From IMG/VR virus record IMGVR_UViG_3300042807_000304, positions 1 through 38,099 of that record: 38,099 bases of DNA, one strand, 5' to 3'. Numbering within the stretch: position 1 is the first letter of the stretch; every line of letters starts with the position of its first letter. The stretch is from a virus. Lineage: Duplodnaviria; Caudoviricetes. The notes under the pieces are model-generated. The model had not been told where the DNA came from. It saw nothing but the letters and a program-made list of their open reading frames with translations, and did no database searches. This document shows positions 1-10,032 of this stretch, piece by piece. Made by a program: the position numbers and the translations under genes.

Positions 1-395
1 GGAAAATACTTAGCAATATGACGAACTTTTTCAATGCCAATTTGGCCACCTTTAGCAAGAGTACGAGCAGTGTTTAGACCAACAGGGGTACCGCCGCGCT
101 TGTGTTCCTTGCGCCACTCAAGAGCCTTCTTGGCCTCATTTTGGACACCCTTAGGAATTGTGTACATGCGACTGCCTGAGGCAATGATCTTAATCTCAAA
201 GTTGGCAAGCGCTCCAGCAGCTAGATCCTCAACCGCGTTGGAAACCTCTATGGGAGTAGAACTCCAGTCATAGGATAATGAAAGAGATCTTGTGCTTCCT
301 GTTTCAAGAACAAGGTTTACATTGGTGTCGATAACAACGGCGTTGTCACCAGACGCGAATAGGGCAAGTGTGTTGCTTGTTCCAATAAGATGCAT
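1..395 (-). CDS. Head-module protein, truncated by window edge (MHLIGTSN...IPKGVQNEAKKALEWRKEHKRGGTPVGLNTARTLA...)
   Basis: Not in ORF track; read manually. ATG at 395 overlaps the upstream TAA (TAATG) and the frame is open to base 1. The 'AKKALEWR..RGGTPVG..AR.LA' segment is a module I recognise from phage head-associated proteins. Confidence 0.75.
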   Translation of the reverse strand, partial: MHLIGTSNTLALFASGDNAVVIDTNVNLVLETGSTRSLSLSYDWSSTPIEVSNAVEDLAAGALANFEIKIIASGSRMYTIPKGVQNEAKKALEWRKEHKRGGTPVGLNTARTLAKGGQIGIEKVRHIAKYF

Positions 396-1474
396 TATGC
401 CTGTCCCTTACCTTCATCAGTAATTGGTCCGCCAACTACCCACGCATCACAGGTACGTGAAGCAGCGCACTTAAAGTCTAGCATCTCGCAATATCCAAGT
501 TCTGCCTGGTCAATTGCCGCGCTCCACTCATCGGTAGGCGCACCTTCGTTTAATCCTTCAGAGATGCAGTTCAAGACCTTTGTTGTTCTGTTGAACACAG
601 CGCAGTTACCGCAGGTGCTCTTCTTAGCATCCTCAATGGTTACTGCCCAGCGGTCAGCTTTGTCAGCCCAGAACTCTTCACTCGGTTCCTTTGGGTTAAG
701 AGGGCCATAGCCAATCTTCTCAATTGCATATTGGCGATTCTTTAGGTTAAGCTCGATGTCCAATGTTGCGGGTGGGCAGGCGTCACCGTAGTCAGCATCT
801 GCGACCAGCGCGGAAGCCTGTAGTGCACCACGGAACTCAACCTTGTATTTCTCGACGTCGTCAGACAGCAACGCATCGTCACTAGCTTGTGCCATGTCAA
901 AGATCTTAATAAACTTAGGATCGACCTCTAAAACCTCTAGGTCATCTAGTGATTCATCGTCCTTTGGTAACTTAAACCAAGCACCGTTATCGCGGATGAA
1001 TAGGCCAGGCTCGCTTGAGTAGACTAGGAACTTAACCGCATTGGTCTCGTCGTCAACCGCAGCGTAGAGGTTCTCATCGTCAGCTGGTGCCTCAGGTGAA
1101 AATGCGTTCTCTACCTCTGTCATGTACCGCTCCTCAAGTGCCTGGGCAGGAACGTCAGTCGCAAGGGCAGATGCCCAAGTGCCGTCCGAGTCCTGGAATC
1201 CTCGTATGGTATAAATCTTACCGTAACTGGAGAATGTTATCTCGCCTTTAGCCTGGTCGACTTTGATATCTGAGCCATTTTCAATCGGGTAGTAACGTGT
1301 GCCACTTAGCATTCCAGCCGCGACGTGCGGGGCAGAGTCAACCTCTTCTGTGCCTACGTAATGAATAGGGTAGTAAACAGGTGTGCTGTCCTCGTCGTCA
1401 ATTGTCTCCAAGACCGCAGGAGAAAGAATCAATCCCTTTTCCTTGACCTCGTCTTCAGGTGTAAACTCTAGCAT
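395..1474 (-). CDS. Acidic head-module protein with C-terminal Cys-rich domain (CPPAT...CGNC...GYC...C...TCDAW)
   Basis: 359 aa ORF with AAAGGGA RBS. C-terminal Cys spacing suggests metal or Fe-S binding. Confidence 0.7.
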   Translation of the reverse strand: MLEFTPEDEVKEKGLILSPAVLETIDDEDSTPVYYPIHYVGTEEVDSAPHVAAGMLSGTRYYPIENGSDIKVDQAKGEITFSSYGKIYTIRGFQDSDGTWASALATDVPAQALEERYMTEVENAFSPEAPADDENLYAAVDDETNAVKFLVYSSEPGLFIRDNGAWFKLPKDDESLDDLEVLEVDPKFIKIFDMAQASDDALLSDDVEKYKVEFRGALQASALVADADYGDACPPATLDIELNLKNRQYAIEKIGYGPLNPKEPSEEFWADKADRWAVTIEDAKKSTCGNCAVFNRTTKVLNCISEGLNEGAPTDEWSAAIDQAELGYCEMLDFKCAASRTCDAWVVGGPITDEGKGQA

Positions 1475-1493
1475 GTCGTATGTCCCTTTCCTA

Positions 1494-4400
1494 TTAGTTC
1501 GGATTTACTTGAGAGCCAATAATGATTACCGCCTCGAGTGGACGACCACCGATCTGGTCAATACCCATCTGGCGAAGCTTCTGAATAACCGCTGTTCGAG
1601 TTGCCTGGTTAGCAACAACAATGCTATCAAGGTCATCAAACGATATGCGGTGCTTAAACATAAGTTCGTAGGCACCAACCTTTGCCGCATTTATAACGTC
1701 CTGGTTTACCTGACGCTTACCAAAGTTATCGCCCGAGTTGGCATAGAAGTCTAGGCGTTGGTAGAGCTTAACGGGGTCAAAATACATAACTACTCCGTTA
1801 GTTCCAAACTCCTTAGCATCCGTGATCTTTACCGGCTTGGTAAACACGTAGTCAGCTCCACCAGTTCCAACGTCAGCCGAGCTTGACATTCCGCTTGCGC
1901 CAATGCCTTCAGTCCAACGTGTCGTTGTGGAAAGTAATCCACCCTGCGGAGTACCAATAAGCTTGGAAAGCCAGTCAGTTCGCAACTCAAACTGTTCTTC
2001 TGGAGTACCGCTACTTCCGTAGAATCCAGGGACCGTAATGTTGTGCTTAATAGCAGTCGGGCTTCCTGTTGCTGTAACGATCTTTTGAGCACCCTCTGGT
2101 GATAGTCTTGTTTCAATACGGCCAGATGCTCCTGTGGTGACGATAACGTCATCAGGTGTAATTCCGTACTTGTCCTTGATGCGCTGTAGGCTTGCCTCAC
2201 GGTCTGCACCCTTAGGGTTCTTGGTTGCGTCAACCTTGCCATCAAAGATACTCATCAGGCGATTCTCAACAAGAATGCGTGAATCGGCAGGTGTTGCAGG
2301 GCGAACGTCAGAGACACCAGCCTTCTTTAAAGCATCAGCGATCTGCTCATTTGTTACATCAGCTGGAGCCTGGATCTGTACCAAGTTGTGGAATGCACGT
2401 GGTTGACCGTACTTGCTGGAAGAAAGTTTAGATGTGGCATCATAGTTGCCACGGTATATCTTGATGACAACACCTTCTGGCGTTGTAATTGTCCAGGTGA
2501 CACCGTCACCCTGGTATGAGTTCTTGTCCTTCGAGATCTGGCCAACGCCATCAGCACCAACGTCAATACGGTCAACAACCATCTGTCCTTTTGTGATACC
2601 TTCTGCCTCGCGCTGTTCTGGCGTCATCTCCATTATTTCTTTTACGCGGGCGTTTCCAGCCCACGAGGTTAGCTTAAACTTAAGGCGAAGACCGTCAGTG
2701 CCTTCCTTGTCACGAACACGCATTATGCGAACATCAAGATCTTCAATTGAATCAGCGTCAATGGCAGCAGATGCACCCTTCATCGCTGCAAACTTATCGT
2801 CAGGGTTTTGCACGAGTGCAATTGCATCAGATAACGCTGGGACGTTCTCAAACTCGCTTGTGTCCCAACCTGCAGGGTTCTCAACGAACACCGCCTTTGT
2901 GCCTGCCGGTGTCATCTTTCCAGGCGTTGCCTTTGGAGCTGCCTTCTTGATTGACTCGTTAAACTCGCCTGTTGTTGAGACTGATCCTGCAGAGCGCCAA
3001 CCGGTTTTACCGTCCTCGAACTGAACAAAGACATAGTTGTCCTTGTTTGGTCCTTTTAGAACAGTTCCCTTGTTACCTTTTTTATCAGTAACTTCTGCTC
3101 CTGGCTCTAGTGTTGGTGCCTCTGTCTCGGTCTCGGCCTCATCGCCTTCGCTTGGGCCCTCGTTTTTAGGAGTTCCATACGGAACTGCGTTATCAGCTAT
3201 TTTCTTTAGTAGAGCATTGTTCTCTTCTTCAGAAAGAGGCCTCCACTTAAATACCTGTCCGCCGTCACCATCTGGTCCAAAGAAAGCTGGATCAGCAGGA
3301 CTTATAAAGCTCGTGTTTTTCTTACCGTCAAATATGTAAACTTGTTCTCCGTCTGGTGTAATTGCTATAGTTCCATCGGACTCGTTTACTGCAATGATTT
3401 TTCCTTCTGGAGTAAACCCATTCTCAAAGGTTTTTACTACGAGATCCGCTGCCTTGTTTAGCGCAACCTCGTTGCCAAAAGGCTCATCAACTTTTGCCTC
3501 GGCTTGTGGCTCTGGAAGTATTTCTGGCTGAACGTCAATTTCATCGTCGTCACCATCGTCACCTAGTCCACTGAGGTCTGCGCCAACAGCCTCGGTAATT
3601 GCCTCAATCAAATCTGAGTCTTCTGCCGCAGACCAGTTCATGCCAAGCAGATCATTTTGCTCGATCATGTCGCGTATCTGAACAGCCTGCTCGTCTGTAA
3701 TAGTCTTACCCTGCTGAGCTACAAGATCTTTGATCCACTGCGCGTGTAGCTGCAGTTTCTTTGGCTCGGCAATAGGTTCCTCGGCAGTTACAGCTTCTGG
3801 CTTACTTCCGTCTGGGATCTCTTGCATCTGTTGAACGGTAAAGTTCTTCTTCTTGCTGTCATCGCCAAGATCCTCGCCATAGACGTTGATCTTTCCGTTC
3901 TTCTGGTTTTCCCAGATACTCATCGGCTTCATCGTGCGAATCTTGCCGTTGTAGTAAAACGAGATGAGCTGGCTGTTGTCAATCGCGGATTGAATATCCT
4001 TTACCGCAGCCTCGACCGTACCGGTTGTGTCAATTACTTTTGGCTTGTCAGTCTGCTCTGTTTGAGTAGATTCATCTGTTGGACTCGGCTTTTCAGGCTG
4101 TGGGTCTTCATCTTTTGGGCCGCCACCGTCACCACCGTCGCCATTGTCATCTTTGTTTAGAGACTCAAGCTGCTTAGTAGACTTGTTCTTGATTGTGCCG
4201 TCTTCACCTTGAACATAGACGTAATTGGAATTTCCCTTATCATATTTGATAACGGTTCCAACCTCGCCAGTTTTCTTGTGGCGAACCTGCATTCCTGGCT
4301 CAATAGGTACACCATCACTTGTAACGTATGGGTTACCTGGATCCTCCGATGGAATCTCCGGCTTAGGTGTAACTGGTTGCTCGACTTCAACTGCTGGTAC

Positions 4401-7400
4401 TTCCTGCTCTTCATCTTCAACCTTTGCTGTCTCAGCGATAAGAGAAGTGTCATCTCCGAGAAGGTTGTACTTTTCAAGAATAAATTGGCGACGTGCCTTT
4501 AGCTTATCTTTTAGTTCATCAGCCTCAGGTGAATCACCTAGCGTAGAGTCAACAAGATCGTCAATGTCGCTGTGTGAGATATCAAGAAGCTTAGACGCTG
4601 AAGCCTTTAGGTCCTCGTCGGTCATGTCACCAAACAACGCAGCGCTGGTTGGGTTCATGCTTGAGTTTCTTAGGGTGTCAAGTTCAGTAACCTCGTTACC
4701 AAACGCGGAACCTTTAGGAGATCCCATTGCACGGAACAACAGCGCACCGCCAGTGTCAATGCGGAATGCATCTCCGTCCTCGTCAATGATGATGTTGTCG
4801 TTTACAAGACCAGCGACATCCCAGTTTGCAAGCCAAGCGTCGATGGCGAAGCCTTCCTGGATTTGTTTCTTGGTCTCTGGCGTTAGATCTGTGTCGCCTA
4901 GCGTGCTGCCAGGGATGATTGATGAGAAGATCTTTTCCTGGCCATCGTCAGCTGAACCAAAACGCATCTCAGCGGCGTTAACGCCTGCAAGCTTATAGAA
5001 CGCAGACGCAAGAAGTTCATTGCGACGGTGAAGCTCAGACTTAGGAGACTTGACGTAGTACTCGTTACCTTCAGCGTCCTTAAATGTTCCACCTTGGTTT
5101 GATCCTTGTTGTGGTCCTGTCTGCTCAAAGCCTTCAAGGTCGTATTCCTCGCCAAACTCTTCAATGATTCCAGCAAGCGGGCTGTCTGCAACTGGCGTAA
5201 TAGCTTCAGCGTCAACTTCCGTAGCCTCAACATCTTCCTCAGTGTTTGCAATATCCTTTAGTACCTCATTTGTGTTGATACCTTGAATCTGCAGTGCGTC
5301 GCGAACAGCCTCGGCATCAACGGTGTATTCCTTTTTGTCATCGATAAGCTGGATCTTGCCTGTGCCATCTTCGATTGAACCTCTAAAGGCAGCAATCAGA
5401 TCTTCCATCTCGTATGCTCGCGCGATGTAGAGAGGGTTGTTTGTTAGCGCAGCGTCAATCTCATCCGCATCCTCTAGGGACTCAGTGTCAACGTTCTCAA
5501 AAGGAGCAGGAGCAATTGAGTAATACTCCGTTGGAAGATCAATCTGCTCATTGTCAATTAGTAACGAGTCATAGTCGTTGTTAAGTCCTTCAAGAACCTC
5601 ACCACGCTTATCAAGAGCCTCTAGCTCAACGTTGTAGAGAGTCTTACCGGCAGCATTTACCTTCTTGCCTACCTTTACAATTCTGTAGTTTCCCCAGGCA
5701 AGCTGCTCACGCTCCTCCTCGAACATGGAGACATTGTCGATCTTTGCAACGCTGCCCTTACCTGCAGGAATCGTGAAGATAACCGCGGCCTTGTCCTCGT
5801 TTCCGCCAAACGCGCCTGCGAACTTACCAGCCAACGCCTTGTCATCAGAGAAGCTACGCGGATCAAGTGATAGCACCTGTCCTTCTTCATAAAGATCTAA
5901 ACCTTCAGAATCAAGAGGAATCTGAATTCCACGGTACAAGCTCACTGTGTTTGACGTGCTCATAGATGCAAGCAGCCTATACATTGAACCAGCAAGAGAT
6001 TCGTCCATGTCAAGGGTTTCTTCACCATTGGCAACCTTTGACTTACTTCTTACAAGGTTCTCGAAGTAGCCAAACTCCTTGAATACGGCTTCAACTTCCT
6101 CGATGGAAGGTTCTGTGCCATTGTAGCTCTGCATTGCGTCTGACACTGCGTTAAACAGCATGGAATCATCTACGCCTGGCTTGGTGTATCCTCCGTCAGC
6201 TGAAAGTAGCAAGCCCCATAGAGAACGGAATGCCTGCTTCTCATCTCCGCTGCCACTAATTGCCCAGCCGATATACTTTCCAAGGAACGATGAAAGATTG
6301 GTTGGTGACTTAAGGCTGTTGATGTCAACCGCAACATCGCGAATAAAGACGTTATCTTCTCCGGCAGCCTTTGCGTCATTGATCTGTGCAACTGCAACAG
6401 CTGCGGCATCCTGCTTGGCAACATCCTCGTTAAGCGAGATAATGTCCATTGCATCTTTATCAAAATCATCAAGAAGTACTGAAGGCTCCTGTGCCTTAAC
6501 ATCCTCTGGTGAACGTAGACCTTCAAGCATGTCAACGTTCTTTGACTCGCCGGTTGGGAGATCATAGATCTCAGCCGCGAGCATATCAACGTCAATACCT
6601 TGTTCCTTTAGTGCAGAGTAGATTGCCTCAGCCGGAACGTTCTCGTCACCAAACGCAAAGTCAAGCTGACCATAGCCAGTTGCCTTGTTAATCTTTATTT
6701 TCTTTTTCTTAGGACCAGGCTTTTTCTTTGTGCCCTCTTCCTCGTCCTCGTCATCTAGATCTTTAAGCTCGTCAAGGAACTCTGTGGCAAAGTCCTTTAC
6801 GCCAATGATTGCCTGAGCAAGCGCGTCCTTTAGCTGCTCTGAGGAGAACTTGTTGGCAAGAACCTTTGGGTCATCTGTAAAGTCAGATGATTCCTCGTCT
6901 ATGCGACCTTCAGGCTCGTACTCGTCTGCTTTATAAAGTTTGAACGCGCCATCAGGAAGAATCCAGTCAATGTCGTCTGCCTTAGGCATATTCTTGTAAG
7001 GCTCTGCGGCCTTTTCTCTACGCTCTTCCTTAGGAACAGGAATAGGAACCGGTGAGTCCTTGTAGCGCTCTGCGGCCTTTTCTCTACGCTCTTCCTTAGA
7101 TAGAGGCTGAACCTTGACATCCTCGTTTGGATCTTCAAAGGTCTTGAACTTCATCTTCTTAGTCTCTGGGTCTCTAAACGAAACCATTGTGCCAGAGTCT
7201 ACAGATGAGATTTTTTCAATTGTTTGTGGCTTGCCTTTAGAGTCAACGATGACATCGCCAACCTCTAGGTCACTAGCCTTCTTTGTTGTTTGTTCTGGAA
7301 GTTCTGCCTTTACCTCTTGACCAGCAAGTGGCTTAAACTCAAGTGGCATCTGATTGATGGCATCAATGCCCTTACCAAACTTTGCCCATTTTTCTTTTTG

Positions 7401-9332
7401 TGCTGGCTGAGGAAGATCTACTGCCCAGCTTGTGTCAAGGTCTTCCTTCGCTGCTTTCCACGCAGGATTCTTTGCAAGCTCTGCACGAATCTCTTCACCG
7501 GACGCGCCGTCCTCAAGCATCTTTGCGGCTGTGCCATTTTCGTCGTCGTACTGAGCAATGTGATCTGCTGCGTCCTTACGAATCTGCGCGATGCGCTCCT
7601 TGATTCTGTTCTCAAACGACTTGTTTGCTTCATCCCAGTTCGGAATGTTGTTGTTCTTGACGTCAAGGAACGTTCCATCATCAAACTGGCGAAGTTGTTC
7701 GCGAACACCTTGCTCAAAACGTGAGAAGAACTTAGTAGCCTCTGCCTTAGAGAAAGGCTGAACGTTTACCTGGCCTTTGTACTCAGAAGGCTTTAGCGCT
7801 TCCTCGTCAATTATTGGCGTCCAACCCTCTGGAATCTCTTTACCGAAAGGATCTAGCCCCTTGTCAAGATTTGCGCGGGCAATTGCCTTGTTCTCTTCGT
7901 TTTTCTTAAACTGTTCTTCAGCAGTCTTCTTTGCTGCCTCGTTCTGAGCCTTTGACTCAGCTGCAGCCTTCTCCTGCTTAGTCTTCTTCTCCGCATTTAC
8001 CTTTTCAGCTGCGTCGTAGTACTTCTCAAACTTATCTTGGTCAGCCTCGGCAAATTCTTGAATATCAGACCAACGCTGCGCCATGACAACTGCCTGTCGC
8101 TGTGTCTCAGGAGTTTCAACGCGGTACAAGTTATAAACTGGCTTTTTGCTGTCAAACTTAGCCTTCATGTTTGGTCGACCAGCCGCATCAACGCGCTCTG
8201 TGAAGTTACCAACTGGCATACCAGGGACCTGTGTCATTATGCCCTTGTTGAACTGATAAGCCTTTTGTAGATCTGCGTTTGTGTAGTTGCCTGCCTCAAA
8301 GACTTCAACCTCGTAGCCGTCATCAGTTGCATAAACCTTGTCAGGGCCAGTTTCGCCTTCGCCTTTTTCTCTTACAAGCTTCCAGCCGTCTGGAACGTCC
8401 TTTGCCTTCATGTCAGCAAGATTGACTACCTCGACACCTTCAGGTAGGCTAACCGCTCCAGCATCGTCACCTGGAATGATTGCCTCGACTGCCATAGTCA
8501 TGCTTGCAGGAACTTGGTAGATACCATCTGGCAGATCAGGGTCACCAGATACTTCTATGAGGAAGTCGGTTCCATTTTCTGCGTTACCTGCGTGGCTTCC
8601 AACCTTTGACTTGTATGTTCCGTCCGGCATGCTAACATAGAACTGCATTCCGCCGCCCTGCTCAGCGAATTGACCGTCACGGTCACGTAGCTGCTTCTTT
8701 GCACGACGTGAACGCGCAGCGGAAGAGTTACCTCCACCAAAGATGCTGCGTAGCCAACCCATAAATGATGCGGTAATTGGCTGAAGCTGTGCGTCAATAA
8801 CAAATTCCTGTGGAACTAAACCTGCAGGTAGCGCGGCAAGTCGCGCAACTGCGTGCTCGTAATCTACCGAGCCAAAGCCTGTCATGTAGACTGCCGCAAC
8901 AATTGGGCGAGCCTCGTCTGCAATGCGTGGGTCAGCTGCAATCCAACGCGCAACGGCCTCGGAGTACGCTGATGCTGTCATCGCATGTGTGCGAGTTGAC
9001 AGCGGGTGACCAATAGCAAGAAGATCTCTGTTTTGAGTAATCTCAAACTGGTTCTTGCCAGTAGTGGCAAGTGTAACAAATGAAGCAACTTCCTTATACG
9101 CCGCAAAGAATCGGCTTGCACGCTCTAGACCAACTGTCTTGTTTAGTGAGCGGGCTGCAACAATCTCGATGTCACGCTGGGTAACGCGACGTTCAACAGG
9201 AACCTTTGCGTTTTCCTGTGTGGCAAGCTCTGTGATGGCGCGACGAAGTGACTGAGCATCTCTAGGCTTTGCCTTCGAGCGGACTGCACCCTTCTCCTGT
9301 GACTTAACCAGCAGGTTGATCAGCTCATACAT
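1494..9332 (-). CDS. 2612 aa polyvalent, probably virion-packaged protein: R-S-E ADP-ribosyltransferase, PI3/4K-HipA-like kinase, WYL-like domain, SH3/KOW-like barrels, C-terminal DarT-like ART fold
   Basis: LYRG..SFS..EEERE (~5610-5960); GSNQGG..YYVK..NE..DAWLANWD..N..RIDTGG (~4465-5130); IQSAIDNSQLISFYYNGKIRTMKP (~3820-4010); H..GLLS..DYVF..ELMF..I..IVV (~1500-2050). Lies just downstream of the portal. Confidence 0.8.
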   Translation of the reverse strand: MYELINLLVKSQEKGAVRSKAKPRDAQSLRRAITELATQENAKVPVERRVTQRDIEIVAARSLNKTVGLERASRFFAAYKEVASFVTLATTGKNQFEITQNRDLLAIGHPLSTRTHAMTASAYSEAVARWIAADPRIADEARPIVAAVYMTGFGSVDYEHAVARLAALPAGLVPQEFVIDAQLQPITASFMGWLRSIFGGGNSSAARSRRAKKQLRDRDGQFAEQGGGMQFYVSMPDGTYKSKVGSHAGNAENGTDFLIEVSGDPDLPDGIYQVPASMTMAVEAIIPGDDAGAVSLPEGVEVVNLADMKAKDVPDGWKLVREKGEGETGPDKVYATDDGYEVEVFEAGNYTNADLQKAYQFNKGIMTQVPGMPVGNFTERVDAAGRPNMKAKFDSKKPVYNLYRVETPETQRQAVVMAQRWSDIQEFAEADQDKFEKYYDAAEKVNAEKKTKQEKAAAESKAQNEAAKKTAEEQFKKNEENKAIARANLDKGLDPFGKEIPEGWTPIIDEEALKPSEYKGQVNVQPFSKAEATKFFSRFEQGVREQLRQFDDGTFLDVKNNNIPNWDEANKSFENRIKERIAQIRKDAADHIAQYDDENGTAAKMLEDGASGEEIRAELAKNPAWKAAKEDLDTSWAVDLPQPAQKEKWAKFGKGIDAINQMPLEFKPLAGQEVKAELPEQTTKKASDLEVGDVIVDSKGKPQTIEKISSVDSGTMVSFRDPETKKMKFKTFEDPNEDVKVQPLSKEERREKAAERYKDSPVPIPVPKEERREKAAEPYKNMPKADDIDWILPDGAFKLYKADEYEPEGRIDEESSDFTDDPKVLANKFSSEQLKDALAQAIIGVKDFATEFLDELKDLDDEDEEEGTKKKPGPKKKKIKINKATGYGQLDFAFGDENVPAEAIYSALKEQGIDVDMLAAEIYDLPTGESKNVDMLEGLRSPEDVKAQEPSVLLDDFDKDAMDIISLNEDVAKQDAAAVAVAQINDAKAAGEDNVFIRDVAVDINSLKSPTNLSSFLGKYIGWAISGSGDEKQAFRSLWGLLLSADGGYTKPGVDDSMLFNAVSDAMQSYNGTEPSIEEVEAVFKEFGYFENLVRSKSKVANGEETLDMDESLAGSMYRLLASMSTSNTVSLYRGIQIPLDSEGLDLYEEGQVLSLDPRSFSDDKALAGKFAGAFGGNEDKAAVIFTIPAGKGSVAKIDNVSMFEEEREQLAWGNYRIVKVGKKVNAAGKTLYNVELEALDKRGEVLEGLNNDYDSLLIDNEQIDLPTEYYSIAPAPFENVDTESLEDADEIDAALTNNPLYIARAYEMEDLIAAFRGSIEDGTGKIQLIDDKKEYTVDAEAVRDALQIQGINTNEVLKDIANTEEDVEATEVDAEAITPVADSPLAGIIEEFGEEYDLEGFEQTGPQQGSNQGGTFKDAEGNEYYVKSPKSELHRRNELLASAFYKLAGVNAAEMRFGSADDGQEKIFSSIIPGSTLGDTDLTPETKKQIQEGFAIDAWLANWDVAGLVNDNIIIDEDGDAFRIDTGGALLFRAMGSPKGSAFGNEVTELDTLRNSSMNPTSAALFGDMTDEDLKASASKLLDISHSDIDDLVDSTLGDSPEADELKDKLKARRQFILEKYNLLGDDTSLIAETAKVEDEEQEVPAVEVEQPVTPKPEIPSEDPGNPYVTSDGVPIEPGMQVRHKKTGEVGTVIKYDKGNSNYVYVQGEDGTIKNKSTKQLESLNKDDNGDGGDGGGPKDEDPQPEKPSPTDESTQTEQTDKPKVIDTTGTVEAAVKDIQSAIDNSQLISFYYNGKIRTMKPMSIWENQKNGKINVYGEDLGDDSKKKNFTVQQMQEIPDGSKPEAVTAEEPIAEPKKLQLHAQWIKDLVAQQGKTITDEQAVQIRDMIEQNDLLGMNWSAAEDSDLIEAITEAVGADLSGLGDDGDDDEIDVQPEILPEPQAEAKVDEPFGNEVALNKAADLVVKTFENGFTPEGKIIAVNESDGTIAITPDGEQVYIFDGKKNTSFISPADPAFFGPDGDGGQVFKWRPLSEEENNALLKKIADNAVPYGTPKNEGPSEGDEAETETEAPTLEPGAEVTDKKGNKGTVLKGPNKDNYVFVQFEDGKTGWRSAGSVSTTGEFNESIKKAAPKATPGKMTPAGTKAVFVENPAGWDTSEFENVPALSDAIALVQNPDDKFAAMKGASAAIDADSIEDLDVRIMRVRDKEGTDGLRLKFKLTSWAGNARVKEIMEMTPEQREAEGITKGQMVVDRIDVGADGVGQISKDKNSYQGDGVTWTITTPEGVVIKIYRGNYDATSKLSSSKYGQPRAFHNLVQIQAPADVTNEQIADALKKAGVSDVRPATPADSRILVENRLMSIFDGKVDATKNPKGADREASLQRIKDKYGITPDDVIVTTGASGRIETRLSPEGAQKIVTATGSPTAIKHNITVPGFYGSSGTPEEQFELRTDWLSKLIGTPQGGLLSTTTRWTEGIGASGMSSSADVGTGGADYVFTKPVKITDAKEFGTNGVVMYFDPVKLYQRLDFYANSGDNFGKRQVNQDVINAAKVGAYELMFKHRISFDDLDSIVVANQATRTAVIQKLRQMGIDQIGGRPLEAVIIIGSQVNPN
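7001..7099. repeat. 33 bp exact in-frame direct repeat (7001-7033 and 7067-7099) encoding KEERREKAAE twice
   Basis: gctctgcggccttttctctacgctcttccttag occurs twice, 66 bp apart. Confidence 0.9.
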
Positions 9333-10032
9333 TGTCGTTGCCCTCTACTTCTTGTCTCGGTAAAAGATCTGCATCCTTAGAGTCATACAGCGCTGATGCA
9401 AGAACGGCTGCACGCGCAAAAGGTGATTCCTTGTCGCGAACACCACGTAGCCATGCCGCGCGTAGCGCTGGGATAAGCTCGTAGCCTTGGCCTGATAGCT
9501 CTGCAAGAGCAAAGATTGCGTGTTCAGGTGACTCGTAGTCGTGTTCGTCACGTAGCTCGACATCTAAACCATCAACTTCATCACCGGAGGCAACGATGGA
9601 GTTGTCTCCCTTGCTGGAGCGTGGGTGCTTTGCCGGTAGAAGATCATTGTCCTGCTTGTAGTTTGGGTTAGCAGGTCGTCCAGACTTTAGCAGACGCAGA
9701 AACGCATTGACGCGAGCCATTGCCCACTGGTCACGGGTCTTGCCAGGACGGTGCGAACTAGAGAACGCGCCTGAACCACGACGATACACAGCCTTAAGCA
9801 TTCCAAGGGTTGCCTTACGGCCTTCAGGAGCCTTCTTGTTGTGCTCCTCAACCTTGTTACGCAAAGATGTCTCGATCTTCTTTGAGAAAGTTACCTTTCC
9901 CTTGCCATCAGCTGAACCAGGACGGTTACGCTTTGAGCCGTAGATGCGATCTTTCTTTGGTGCAGGACGTGACTTTGCAAAGTCCATGTCTTCTGTATCG
10001 TCCAAGTCTTCCTTAGGCGGTTGGCTGTTCAC
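9325..10032 (-). CDS. DUF5824-like conserved viral protein
   Basis: LKAVYRRGSGAFSSSHRPGKTRDQWAMARVNAFL matches the pattern I recall for DUF5824. Overlaps both neighbours. Confidence 0.65.
   Translation of the reverse strand: MNSQPPKEDLDDTEDMDFAKSRPAPKKDRIYGSKRNRPGSADGKGKVTFSKKIETSLRNKVEEHNKKAPEGRKATLGMLKAVYRRGSGAFSSSHRPGKTRDQWAMARVNAFLRLLKSGRPANPNYKQDNDLLPAKHPRSSKGDNSIVASGDEVDGLDVELRDEHDYESPEHAIFALAELSGQGYELIPALRAAWLRGVRDKESPFARAAVLASALYDSKDADLLPRQEVEGNDNV

Noticed and set aside
7110-7290. Intein/Hint domain (KASDLEVGD)
   Set aside because: No N-terminal C/S block or C-terminal HN; too short. Better explained as an SH3/KOW-like barrel.
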